This document shows, in pieces, positions 1 to 8,897 of a DNA stretch of 64,000 nt. The notes beneath the pieces are model-generated. The model ran no database searches. It worked only from the letters and a program-made list of their open reading frames with translations, and was not told the origin of the DNA. This stretch comes from Gammaproteobacteria bacterium (GTDB lineage: Bacteria; Pseudomonadota; Gammaproteobacteria; Eutrophobiales; Eutrophobiaceae): assembly GCA_965601665.1 (NCBI GenBank), contig OZ271833.1:1060451-1124450 (forward strand), in the 5' to 3' direction. How positions within the stretch are numbered: the stretch's first letter is position 1; every line of letters begins with the position of its first letter. Position numbers and translations under genes: made by a program.

Positions 1-226
1 TAATCAGTTTGGCGACCCGGTCTGAAAGCTGGGCGCCGGTAGCTACCCAGTAATCGACGCGTTCCATATTAATTTGCAATGGCACTTCCTGACCTTTCGC
101 ACAGGGATTAAAAAACCCTACGCGTTCGATGGGACGACCGTCGCGCTGCTTGCGACTGTCCATTACGACGATATGATAGAAAGGCTTACGCTTGGCGCCT
201 GTGCGCGACAATCTAATCGTTACCAT
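1..226 (-). CDS. rpsP: 30S ribosomal protein S16 (3' end runs off the window)
   Basis: Absent from the ORF track because it is open at the window edge. Reverse complement from the ATG at 226 reads [41 protein letters not shown]..., the conserved S16 N-terminus. Confidence 0.9.
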   Translation of the reverse strand, partial: MVTIRLSRTGAKRKPFYHIVVMDSRKQRDGRPIERVGFFNPCAKGQEVPLQINMERVDYWVATGAQLSDRVAKLI

Positions 227-459
227 TTGAATCTGTTGTCCTCTGTCATTCGGGCGAAATTGAGATACCCGCCCCCGAAAAAAGGCGCTATTGTACGTAT
301 TTAGCGAGAAAAAGAAAGGCAATCGCGCGAATTCACCAGATCCCGGCTAAGCACGACGAACAGCATTGCCGGTCGCCACTATCAGCCATTTTTAACAACT
401 ATCCGACTTTATAAAATCAATTTAACTTATTGTTATATATAGTTATTATATTGATACCT

Positions 460-1026
460 ATGAACATACATGAAGCAAAGGCATGCCTTAGAGACGAGTT
501 GAAACGTCGTCGCAATGGCGTAAATCAGCAACAGCTTGCCGCCAACAGCCAGCAAATCTTTCAATATCTGCGCGATGTGCACGTTTACCAGCAGGCTGCG
601 TCGGTGTTTTGCTTTATCTCATACCTGTCGGAAGTGGATACAAAACCCATTCTACAGGACCTGTTAGACCGGAACATACGTATTGCGGTACCAAAAATCG
701 TGGATAAGACCAGCATGATTGCCGTCCCTTTTACCGGCTGGGATGACCTCAAGCCGGACAGGCTGGGCATCCCTACCCCGTGCGCAGATACGCCGGATGA
801 CGGGCCTTTTGATCTGGTGATTACGCCCGGACTGGGCTTCAGCAAGCAGGGAGGCAGGCTCGGCTATGGGCGAGGCTATTATGATCGCTGGCTGGCAACG
901 CACGAGGTGAAACAGCGAATAGGCATTTGCCTGGAAATACAACTGCTCGATGATTTACCCGTTGAAGACACCGATGTGCCGCTGCAGCTAATCGTTACCG
1001 AGTCACAGGTTTACAACTGTTGCTAG
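460..1026 (+). CDS. 5-formyltetrahydrofolate cyclo-ligase (MTHFS family)
   Basis: Size and motifs fit the MTHFS fold (GLGFSKQGGRLGYGRGYYDR). The tracked ORF starts at a TTG at 430; the first ATG at 460 (MNIHEAK) is the more likely start. Confidence 0.8.
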   Translation: MNIHEAKACLRDELKRRRNGVNQQQLAANSQQIFQYLRDVHVYQQAASVFCFISYLSEVDTKPILQDLLDRNIRIAVPKIVDKTSMIAVPFTGWDDLKPDRLGIPTPCADTPDDGPFDLVITPGLGFSKQGGRLGYGRGYYDRWLATHEVKQRIGICLEIQLLDDLPVEDTDVPLQLIVTESQVYNCC

Positions 1027-1751
1027 CCAACATCATAGTCAGCAAGCTCAACGACTAATGTACCTTTATCCAGCGCTTCACTCTGGGTCGTTTCAAGGCG
1101 TTCCAGCTTAACCAACCCTATGCCGCGTGCATACCAGCGCGTTTCCTCAACATTGATTAACGTCAGGCCAACATAATTGCCCGCATCTTTCATCATTGAG
1201 CCTGTCATCGTTATTTTTACACAGTTACTAAATACGCCGGCGGGCACGTTTACTGTTTCATCCAGTGACTCAACAGTAACATCCAGGGGTACTTTGGCAA
1301 CAATACGAAATTCCGTTTTCTGTGGTGGTCCGGTCTTTTTCAACAGCCGCGTTTTACTGTACGTCTCCCAGTTATCATTGAGTACTAAGGGTTGTTTCAT
1401 GACTATCCGCTGTTCCTGCTGAAAGGAACCACCTGGGATATCGCCACTGTCACTACCAACGTACTCTATTGAATCCGGTTTAACCGCGTAATAGAGCATG
1501 GTGCCATCCAGGGACTGCCTGGCATAAACCGACTCTGACTGTAATTTACTCGGACCGAGGTTATTGAGGATGTATTTCTGTGTTTCAAGCCCGTCCCTGG
1601 TCGTCAGGGCAACGTCATAGCGCCATTTGTAACCGGATTGCAATGGAAAGTAATCTGGGTCCGAACCCGAGCAGGAGGCAAGAACCAACAGCCCAACGAC
1701 AACAAGGCTGAATCTTGCAACAAACATATTCGTGAGATTAAGCACCTTCAT
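1023..1751 (-). CDS. lipoprotein of unknown function
   Basis: Signal peptide with lipobox (LLVLASC). The ATG at 1751 overlaps the upstream gene's stop as ATGA. I did not recognise a family. Confidence 0.6.
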   Translation of the reverse strand: MKVLNLTNMFVARFSLVVVGLLVLASCSGSDPDYFPLQSGYKWRYDVALTTRDGLETQKYILNNLGPSKLQSESVYARQSLDGTMLYYAVKPDSIEYVGSDSGDIPGGSFQQEQRIVMKQPLVLNDNWETYSKTRLLKKTGPPQKTEFRIVAKVPLDVTVESLDETVNVPAGVFSNCVKITMTGSMMKDAGNYVGLTLINVEETRWYARGIGLVKLERLETTQSEALDKGTLVVELADYDVG

Positions 1752-2692
1752 GCTTCGCTCCTTCTTCTTGACCAATGGCCTGCCAGTATGACGCCACTAA
1801 TATTATGCCAGATGCTGAATAACACCCCGGGTAATGCTGCAGCTGCAGAAAAATACTGGTTGGCTAGTACAAGACCCAAGCCTGAATTTTGCATACCCAC
1901 TTCAATCGCGATGGTTTTTGCAGACTGGATATCGTCTGTCAGCAATCGCGCAAGCCAGTAACCACTGAGTAGTCCGATTACATTATGCAAGACAACCGCA
2001 AAGGCCACTAACAAGCTCAATTGCGGCAGATATGCCTGATTGCGCGCGACAATAACACCGATAATCAGAATTACACATAGCATGGATAAAGCCGGCAGCA
2101 AGACCCTAACAGGTTTAAGCCTGCTATGAAAAAAATGATTAACAAGGACACCCATGGTCACCGGTAAGAGAATAATCAGCAACAGACTTTTAGCCATCAT
2201 CAATACAGGCACATCAATACTCTTATCTACATAAGTATAAGTCAGCAATGGCGTCATTATTACAGCCAGGATTGTTGAAACAAATGTTAGCGTAATCGAC
2301 AGGGCAACGTTACCTCTGGCGAGATAACAGATGACATTCGAGGCCGTACCACCTGGACAGCTCCCGATCAGGATCAATCCAAGGGTCATGGGCAATGGTA
2401 ATGACAGCAGTGTTGCGATTAGCCAGGCAATGAATGGCATCAGCATGTATTGCAAGCAAAGACCAATAAGGACAAGGCCTGGCTGCCTGAAAACAAGCCT
2501 GAAGTCACTAACACTTAATGTAAGCCCCATTGCAAACATCACCAGCCCCAGCAGTGGAACAATGGCCGCGGCATAACCGGACAGCACATCGGGAAAAACA
2601 ATGGAAAATGCTGTCATCAGTAACGCAGCTAGCGGAAATAGCAATAATGAACTGTACATCGCGTGGGGTTGCAGGGATTGTCTACTATTCAA
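1748..2692 (-). CDS. bile acid:sodium symporter (BASS/SBF) family transporter
   Basis: Polytopic membrane protein carrying the SBF-type motif GSCPGGTASNV. Confidence 0.8.
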   Translation of the reverse strand: MNSRQSLQPHAMYSSLLLFPLAALLMTAFSIVFPDVLSGYAAAIVPLLGLVMFAMGLTLSVSDFRLVFRQPGLVLIGLCLQYMLMPFIAWLIATLLSLPLPMTLGLILIGSCPGGTASNVICYLARGNVALSITLTFVSTILAVIMTPLLTYTYVDKSIDVPVLMMAKSLLLIILLPVTMGVLVNHFFHSRLKPVRVLLPALSMLCVILIIGVIVARNQAYLPQLSLLVAFAVVLHNVIGLLSGYWLARLLTDDIQSAKTIAIEVGMQNSGLGLVLANQYFSAAAALPGVLFSIWHNISGVILAGHWSRRRSEA

Positions 2693-2729
2693 ATGACGCT
2701 AAACTGTAGCAGAATATTTTGGATTTATA

Positions 2730-4496
2730 ATGATATTGAACATCTTAAGAGTATTGCTGCTATTTTGTCTGACCACGCTGTTGTCTGCATGCGTCTCCAT
2801 GGGCCATACGGATTGGCTGTTATATGGTAATGATTACAACAATCAACGCTACAGTCCCCTCACCCAGATTAATGCTAAAAATATCAGCGAACTGAAGCCG
2901 GCCTGGCGCTATAAAACAGGCAAGAAAGCCACGTTCCAGACCAACCCACTGGTAGAAAATGGCATCATGTATGTCACTACACCTTTTAACGATGTCATTG
3001 CATTGCAGGCTGATAACGGTCAGGAATTATGGCGCTATCGGCACGAACTCAAATCAGATAGCTACTGTTGTGGTCCGGCAAACAGGGGACCGGCATTACA
3101 TGCAGATAAACTCTTCACAGTTACAATAGACGGTCGACTGTTGGCACTGGACAAGCTAACTGGCGCCGTGATCTGGGACAGACCAATCACCGATCCCGGC
3201 GCTGGGAATGCTGAAGATATTATGGCCATTACCGGCATTGATAAACTGAAGGGAGCGATACAGACGGGACAAACTGGCTACAGTGCCAACCTGGCGCCGC
3301 AGGTTTTCAATGGCATGGTCTTCGTGGGTATTACTGGCGCTGGCTACGGGCTGCATCTGGAGCAGGAAGTGAATGGCGAGGCGCTGTTATCAGTTGGCAG
3401 TTTCGCAGGTGGACAGCATGGGCTACGGGGTTTTCTCATTGCCTGTGATGTTGAAACCGGTGAAGAAATCTGGCGCTGGTATAGCGTGCCAGAACAGGGC
3501 TGGGAAGGAGAATGGACTGTTGACCTCGACTACGGCCCAAGGCTTAATCGGGATATCGAAGCAGAGAAGCGTCAGTTAGCACAATACGCCGATTCATGGC
3601 GTCTCGGTGGTGGCTCCGTCTGGACTACACCGGCCATCGATCCTGAACTGGGACTGTTATATATAGGTACAGGAAATCCTTCGCCACAAATGGAAGATTC
3701 CACGCGACCGGGCGACAATCTGTATACCGTTAGCCTGGTAGCGCTGGACATACAAACGGGCCAGGTTCGCTGGCATTATCAACAGGTCCCACACGATCGC
3801 TGGGGTTATGATGTTGCCAGCCCTCCTGTGTTGTTCGAATACGAAGAAAACGGAAAACGTATCAAGGCTGTAGGACAAGCGAGCAAGCTTGGCTGGTTTT
3901 TCGTCCATAACAGGGAAACCGGTGATTTAATCCGCATATCTGAGCCATTTATCAAACAGGAAAACCTGTTCGCCCTGCCATCTGAGCAGGGCACGCGCAT
4001 CGTACCGGGTACACTAGGCGCGTCTTCATGGTCACCCGTGGCATTTAACCCGGAAACCAATAAAGCTTATGTCATGGGCATTTACCAGCCATCACTGTTT
4101 TTCTCAAAACAACTGACACCAAAGCCAGGCAGACCATGGCAAAGCTATACTTTTTTCCAGAAAACAGACGAACAGGATAATGGCAACTTCACCGCAATCG
4201 ACGTGCAAACCGGTAATATTGAATGGCAGCACCAGACGGATGACCCAATGGTTGGCGGCGCACTGGTGACAGCAGGAAACGTGGTATTTACCGGGGAAGG
4301 TAATGGCAATTTCGACGCATTTGATGCCAGGACAGGTGAATTATTGTGGCAATATCAAACTGAATACGGTGTAAATGCGCCCCCTATCACGTTCGAGATC
4401 GACGGCAAACAGTACATTTCCGTGGCGGCAGGTGGCAATAAACTGTATGGCTATGCCACCGGCGATGAAATTCTGACATTCGCTCTGCCCGACTAG
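2730..4496 (+). CDS. PQQ-dependent (quinoprotein) dehydrogenase, lipoprotein-type signal
   Basis: N-terminus NDYNNQRYSPLTQINAKNISELKPAW plus repeated W-containing propeller motifs typical of quinoprotein alcohol/glucose dehydrogenases. Signal peptide ends LLSAC. Confidence 0.8.
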   Translation: MILNILRVLLLFCLTTLLSACVSMGHTDWLLYGNDYNNQRYSPLTQINAKNISELKPAWRYKTGKKATFQTNPLVENGIMYVTTPFNDVIALQADNGQELWRYRHELKSDSYCCGPANRGPALHADKLFTVTIDGRLLALDKLTGAVIWDRPITDPGAGNAEDIMAITGIDKLKGAIQTGQTGYSANLAPQVFNGMVFVGITGAGYGLHLEQEVNGEALLSVGSFAGGQHGLRGFLIACDVETGEEIWRWYSVPEQGWEGEWTVDLDYGPRLNRDIEAEKRQLAQYADSWRLGGGSVWTTPAIDPELGLLYIGTGNPSPQMEDSTRPGDNLYTVSLVALDIQTGQVRWHYQQVPHDRWGYDVASPPVLFEYEENGKRIKAVGQASKLGWFFVHNRETGDLIRISEPFIKQENLFALPSEQGTRIVPGTLGASSWSPVAFNPETNKAYVMGIYQPSLFFSKQLTPKPGRPWQSYTFFQKTDEQDNGNFTAIDVQTGNIEWQHQTDDPMVGGALVTAGNVVFTGEGNGNFDAFDARTGELLWQYQTEYGVNAPPITFEIDGKQYISVAAGGNKLYGYATGDEILTFALPD

Positions 4497-4617
4497 TCGT
4501 AAGCCTTTATATTTAAACGTTTTTTACTCAATAGCTGCAGGCTATCAATGCAATAAAAACATTAAAATTCCAGTAGTTTACGTGGTTGTCTATATTCTCC
4601 TCATCGAAATTTAAACC

Positions 4618-5379
4618 ATGGAGTTAATGATGTTAGAAAATATAGAAGGAAATGCGATACCTGACGTAACTTTTCGCGTCATTGAAAACGGCGACTGGAA
4701 AGATATAACCACCGACGACCTGTTTGCGGGCAAGAACGTAATCGTTTTTTCTCTGCCTGGTGCGTTTACCCCAACTTGCTCTAGCACCCACCTGCCTCGT
4801 TTTAATGAACTGGCACCAGTGTTTAAGCAGAACGGTATCGATGAAATCATTTGTATGTCTGTAAACGACACATTCGTCATGAATGCCTGGAAAGAGAACC
4901 AGGAATCAGAAAACGTCACTGTCATTCCTGATGGTAATGGCGAGTTCACCGATGGTATGGGCATGCTGGTAAGCAAAAATGATTTGGGATTCGGCAAACG
5001 TTCATGGCGCTACTCAATGCTCGTTAAGGACAAGGTTGTCGATAAGATGTTTATTGAGCCTGAGGTTGAAGGCGACCCGTTTGAAGTCTCCGATGCGGAC
5101 ACCATGCTGGATTACATCAATACAAATGCTGAAAAGCCTGAGTTTGTATCATTAATCTCTCGTAAAGGCTGCATTCACTGTGAACGCGCTCGCAAAGCGC
5201 TCGATGCCAACAATATGCCTTATGAGGAAATCGAACTGGGCCAGGGTGTCACCAGCCGCTCACTGCGCGCAATCTCCGGCGCTACTACTACGCCACAGGT
5301 ATTTATTGGTGGCAATCTGATTGGTACCGCCGATGATCTTGAAGCTTACTTGAAAGAAAAAAACAAGAAAGCCGCTTAA
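4618..5379 (+). CDS. hybrid peroxiredoxin (Prx5-type) fused to glutaredoxin
   Basis: N-terminal half has PGAFTPTCS (Prx5 peroxidatic Cys). C-terminal half is Grx-like (GCIHCERARKAL ... TTPQVFIGGNLIGTADDL). Confidence 0.85.
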   Translation: MELMMLENIEGNAIPDVTFRVIENGDWKDITTDDLFAGKNVIVFSLPGAFTPTCSSTHLPRFNELAPVFKQNGIDEIICMSVNDTFVMNAWKENQESENVTVIPDGNGEFTDGMGMLVSKNDLGFGKRSWRYSMLVKDKVVDKMFIEPEVEGDPFEVSDADTMLDYINTNAEKPEFVSLISRKGCIHCERARKALDANNMPYEEIELGQGVTSRSLRAISGATTTPQVFIGGNLIGTADDLEAYLKEKNKKAA

Positions 5380-5410
5380 CACTTTTCCCCTACTCTCTAG
5401 TGTTAAGCCT

Positions 5411-5439
5411 GAGCCATGCGAAAGCATGGCTCTTTTTTT
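5411..5439 (+). terminator. rho-independent terminator after the Prx-Grx gene
   Basis: GAGCCATGC-GAAA-GCATGGCTC followed by a T7 run. Confidence 0.65.
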
Positions 5440-6349
5440 ATTCAGAAACCAGCAATTGATAAATATCGCGACCAAGTAATTCCTCGATTGCGGCATTACT
5501 GTAATCAGGATTGCTGCTGCGAAACTCTTGCAACTCAATTTTTGCTTTACTGTATTTACCTGCCGACAATAAAGCAGTTATTTCTTCGATAAGTCGTACT
5601 TCATGCTCTGATTGAGGTGATTTACTCGCCTGCGTTGTTCCTTGTTGGTTCTCAATAAGGCCTGGCTGCTCTTCTTCTCGTGGAAGTGTTTTCATATAGT
5701 CGGCCTGATACTCACGCGTTCTCGTTGCCGGCGTTACGCTGTCCTCTGCCAGGTCTTCCAAAATGTCAAATGATTCCCGTGCTCGTAGCCGTGGCGGGCT
5801 TTTCGCACTAGCTGGCTGTTCCAGCATAGGTTTAGCGACAGCGGCTGGTTCCCGCAGTCGTTTCTTTTCAGGTTTCACAGAGTCTGTTACTGAAGCGGGC
5901 GCAGCGTTCATTTCGCCTCTATCAGCGTCTATAGATTGGTATTCCGCTGCAGGTTCCTGCATTCGTTTCTTCTCGGGTTGAACAGAGTCTGTTACCGCGG
6001 CGGGTGCAGCGTTCATTTCGACAGACAACGCATCTATCGATCGGTTAACCTCTTCCGTCATGACTGACGTCGCAGGCTCGGATGTCTCATATTGCATGGT
6101 TGTCACAAGACTAACGGATAAGACCATGACGGCGGCAATAGACACTGGCAGCATCCACGCAGGCCGTATCACGCGTTTATGAGGTTTGTCATCTACCTCT
6201 GACAGCTCGGCCCTGGCCGCATTGAGGATATCGGCGTCGAGCCTGGCCGGCGGCAGTTGATCATTTGACTGACGATAGCGCCTGGACAGCTCCGAATCTT
6301 CACTCATCAGCTGTTCCAGTTCGTTGTCATTTTGATCAGATGTCGTCAT
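5438..6349 (-). CDS. putative membrane-anchored anti-sigma factor
   Basis: Starts directly after the ECF sigma stop codon. One TM segment (WMLPVSIAAVMVLSVSLVTT) and an internal 35-aa duplication. Function is assigned by position only. Confidence 0.45.
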   Translation of the reverse strand: MTTSDQNDNELEQLMSEDSELSRRYRQSNDQLPPARLDADILNAARAELSEVDDKPHKRVIRPAWMLPVSIAAVMVLSVSLVTTMQYETSEPATSVMTEEVNRSIDALSVEMNAAPAAVTDSVQPEKKRMQEPAAEYQSIDADRGEMNAAPASVTDSVKPEKKRLREPAAVAKPMLEQPASAKSPPRLRARESFDILEDLAEDSVTPATRTREYQADYMKTLPREEEQPGLIENQQGTTQASKSPQSEHEVRLIEEITALLSAGKYSKAKIELQEFRSSNPDYSNAAIEELLGRDIYQLLVSE

Positions 6350-6925
6350 TTAATTTCTCAATACGGACTGTAGTTTATTGATTGCATAGCGCATACGACT
6401 TTTGGCAGTTTCAATATCGACGCCGGTCACGCTGGCAATTTGTTGCAAGGACATGCCCGTTTCCTGTTTCAGTAAAAACACCTCCAGTTGTTCAGGCGGC
6501 AAGTTGTGCAGTGTTTGGTCAAACTTACCTTTAGCCTGTTGCATTTCCAGTTCCTGCTCCGGGCTCGCTTCCATTGCCGGTTCCGCCACATCATTAACCT
6601 GCAATGACTGCCCGGCCACTACTCTGACCTGTTGTTTACGGTAATGATCGATAAAGTGGTTGTGAGCGAGTTTGTAAAAATAACTGGAAAACCGCATGGC
6701 TTCGGTGAACCTGGAACGTGCATTAATGAGCTTCATCCAGACCTCCTGGAACAATTCTTCCGCAATAGCCCGGTTCCTGCATAAGCGGAGCAAGTACCGA
6801 AACATCGGACCCTTATGACGGCCATAGAGCATTTCAAACGCCGCCATATCGCCGCGCGCATAACGTTGCATCAAGACCTCATCAGAATCAGTAGCACAAT
6901 CCATTCTTTTTCGGTACGCGGGCAC
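6350..6925 (-). CDS. ECF-type RNA polymerase sigma-70 family factor
   Basis: About 190 aa with region 2 (FEMLYGRHKGPMFRYLLRL ... AEELFQEVWMKL) and region 4 (MSLQQIASVTGVDIETAKSRMRYA). Confidence 0.85.
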   Translation of the reverse strand: MPAYRKRMDCATDSDEVLMQRYARGDMAAFEMLYGRHKGPMFRYLLRLCRNRAIAEELFQEVWMKLINARSRFTEAMRFSSYFYKLAHNHFIDHYRKQQVRVVAGQSLQVNDVAEPAMEASPEQELEMQQAKGKFDQTLHNLPPEQLEVFLLKQETGMSLQQIASVTGVDIETAKSRMRYAINKLQSVLRN

Positions 6926-6953
6926 CGAAGGTGCCCGCTACTCTGCCCTGTAG

Positions 6954-8762
6954 TTAACGTTGACTATAGTTTATCGAATCCAGCTGCGTTGCGCCGGAAA
7001 GACTTAACGACTGCGCCAGGTTGACCAGCGACAGAAATTCGCCACGATAGCCGAAAGGATCGTTTCCTCTTGCATTCCTGGCCAGCTCCATAATGTCGTT
7101 GTAACTAAAGTCAACGGTGTACTTGCCACCTCTTAACTGCTGTGCAAATGCGGCGACCGCAGCGGCAAATCGAAAATTGACCGAGGCCATATTAATATCC
7201 TGTTGTATTTCAGACCGCCTGATAGGCCAGGTTAACAAACGGCTACTGTCTGCTCCGGGCTGCTTGTAGCGCACTTTTAAAAAAGCCAGTTCATCAGAAG
7301 ACGCAACCGCTCCTGTTGCGATTGCATCTTGCTGATAGCGCAAAGGATCAACGTACCCTGCCTTGCTATTGTTCAACGTCAGTTCATAGATAGCCGTCAC
7401 ATTATGGCCAGCACCAATTTCTCCTGCATCAACCTTGTCATTGTTGAAATCCTCCCGGTTAAGGTGTCGATTTTCAAAACCGACCAGTCGATACTCCTTG
7501 ACGTGCTGAGGATTGAATTCCACCTGTAGCTTTACATCACTGGCAACTGTCATCAACGTCGAGGTCATTTCATCTACCAGGACCTTCTGGGCTTCATTCA
7601 GAGTATCAATATAGGCATAGTTGCCATTACCCTTGTCTGCAAGTTGTTCCATCAAGTGGTCATTGTAATTACCACGACCAAACCCGAGCGTGCTTAATGA
7701 TATGCCGGTCTGTCGTTTTTGTTCGATCAAATCTATCAGCTGTTCATGGTTAACGGTGCCAACATTAAAATCACCATCAGTAGCCAGGATGACGCGATTA
7801 ATTCCACCAGGGATAAACGCCTGCTCAGCAATGCTGTATGCAAGCCTGATCCCGGCGCCGCCATTGGTACTACCACCTGCTGTAAGCTGGTCAAGTGCAT
7901 GGTCAATGGTTGCAGTTTCGTTTCCCGCTGTTGGAGACAGTATTACCCCTGAAGCACCGGCATAGACAACAAGGGAAACGCGATCGTCTTTTGACAGGCG
8001 TTTGGTCAATAGCTTTAGCGAGGTTTTTAATAATCCCAGTTTGTTTGCTGACTGCATTGATCCTGACACATCAACGAGAAATACCAGGTTGGCGTTTGGC
8101 AGGTGCTGCTGTGTAATATCCTGAGCCTTGATACCTATTTGCAACAGGTATTTGTCATCGTGCCATGGCGCTGGCGCCAACTCCCTGGCTACGATAAAGG
8201 GTGAGCCTTTATCGTCACCGCTTTTATATTCATAAGAAAAATAATTGATGAACTCTTCAACCCGAACGGCATCATGCGGGGGAAGCTGACCACTGTTAAT
8301 CATGCACCTTGCATTGGCATATGCACCCGTGTCCACATCAATACTGAATGTCGATACAGGTTCCTCTGACGCCAGTTTCACCGGGTTGTCGGTATAGTGC
8401 GCGTAGTTTTCCCGGTTAACCGGTTCTGATGCGTGGCGCATTGAGTTAAGCAGAGAATGCCCGGCATAGCCGTGTAATGCCGGGTTCGCCGTGACGGCAC
8501 TACTAGAGTCTGCTGCCATATCGTATTCGGCAGTAACTCGTTGCCTTACCGTTGATTCTTGCAATCTTTCCACTGGTAACTGCTTTTTCACGGATTTTAT
8601 CGGTTGTTCTTGTCTGGTAGCGACTTCTACCTCAGGGATCAATTCAACCCTTTCCTTCTGTTGTGTTTGAGGCGGTGTTTGCTCTGGCACGTCGGCCTGC
8701 ATACAACCCGATAGCACCACGAGGAGCATCGTATAAACGAGCGTAAGTAATTGTTTTAACAT
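6954..8762 (-). CDS. von Willebrand factor A domain lipoprotein (YfbK-like architecture)
   Basis: Lipobox VLSGC, MIDAS motif in LVFLVDVSGSM, and a long C-terminal extension. Lies immediately upstream of the ECF sigma gene on the same strand. Confidence 0.85.
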   Translation of the reverse strand: MLKQLLTLVYTMLLVVLSGCMQADVPEQTPPQTQQKERVELIPEVEVATRQEQPIKSVKKQLPVERLQESTVRQRVTAEYDMAADSSSAVTANPALHGYAGHSLLNSMRHASEPVNRENYAHYTDNPVKLASEEPVSTFSIDVDTGAYANARCMINSGQLPPHDAVRVEEFINYFSYEYKSGDDKGSPFIVARELAPAPWHDDKYLLQIGIKAQDITQQHLPNANLVFLVDVSGSMQSANKLGLLKTSLKLLTKRLSKDDRVSLVVYAGASGVILSPTAGNETATIDHALDQLTAGGSTNGGAGIRLAYSIAEQAFIPGGINRVILATDGDFNVGTVNHEQLIDLIEQKRQTGISLSTLGFGRGNYNDHLMEQLADKGNGNYAYIDTLNEAQKVLVDEMTSTLMTVASDVKLQVEFNPQHVKEYRLVGFENRHLNREDFNNDKVDAGEIGAGHNVTAIYELTLNNSKAGYVDPLRYQQDAIATGAVASSDELAFLKVRYKQPGADSSRLLTWPIRRSEIQQDINMASVNFRFAAAVAAFAQQLRGGKYTVDFSYNDIMELARNARGNDPFGYRGEFLSLVNLAQSLSLSGATQLDSINYSQR

Positions 8763-8859
8763 TTTATTCTCCTTTTATGTCTGAACTGTCCTTGTAAAGA
8801 CGCAGGAGAAGGGGAAAAGGGTTAAATCATTTGGGTAATGTATTACAGGCAATAAAAAA

Positions 8860-8878
8860 GGGCCAACAGGCCCTTTTT
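8860..8878 (-). terminator. hairpin terminator downstream of pnp (T/A runs on both sides)
   Basis: GGGCC-AACA-GGCCC flanked by A6 and T5. Confidence 0.6.
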
Positions 8879-8897
8879 CAGTAAATGATTGGCAATC

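Noticed and set aside
74-304. 76-aa plus-strand ORF at the start of the window
   Set aside because: It lies antisense to a clear rpsP (S16) coding sequence on the minus strand and has no recognisable features of its own.
227-459. Possible 6S RNA (ssrS) upstream of the 5-formyl-THF cyclo-ligase gene, as found in E. coli
   Set aside because: By eye I found no long closing stem between the two ends and none of the conserved 6S blocks. The region is also the divergent rpsP promoter. A cmsearch with the 6S model would settle it.
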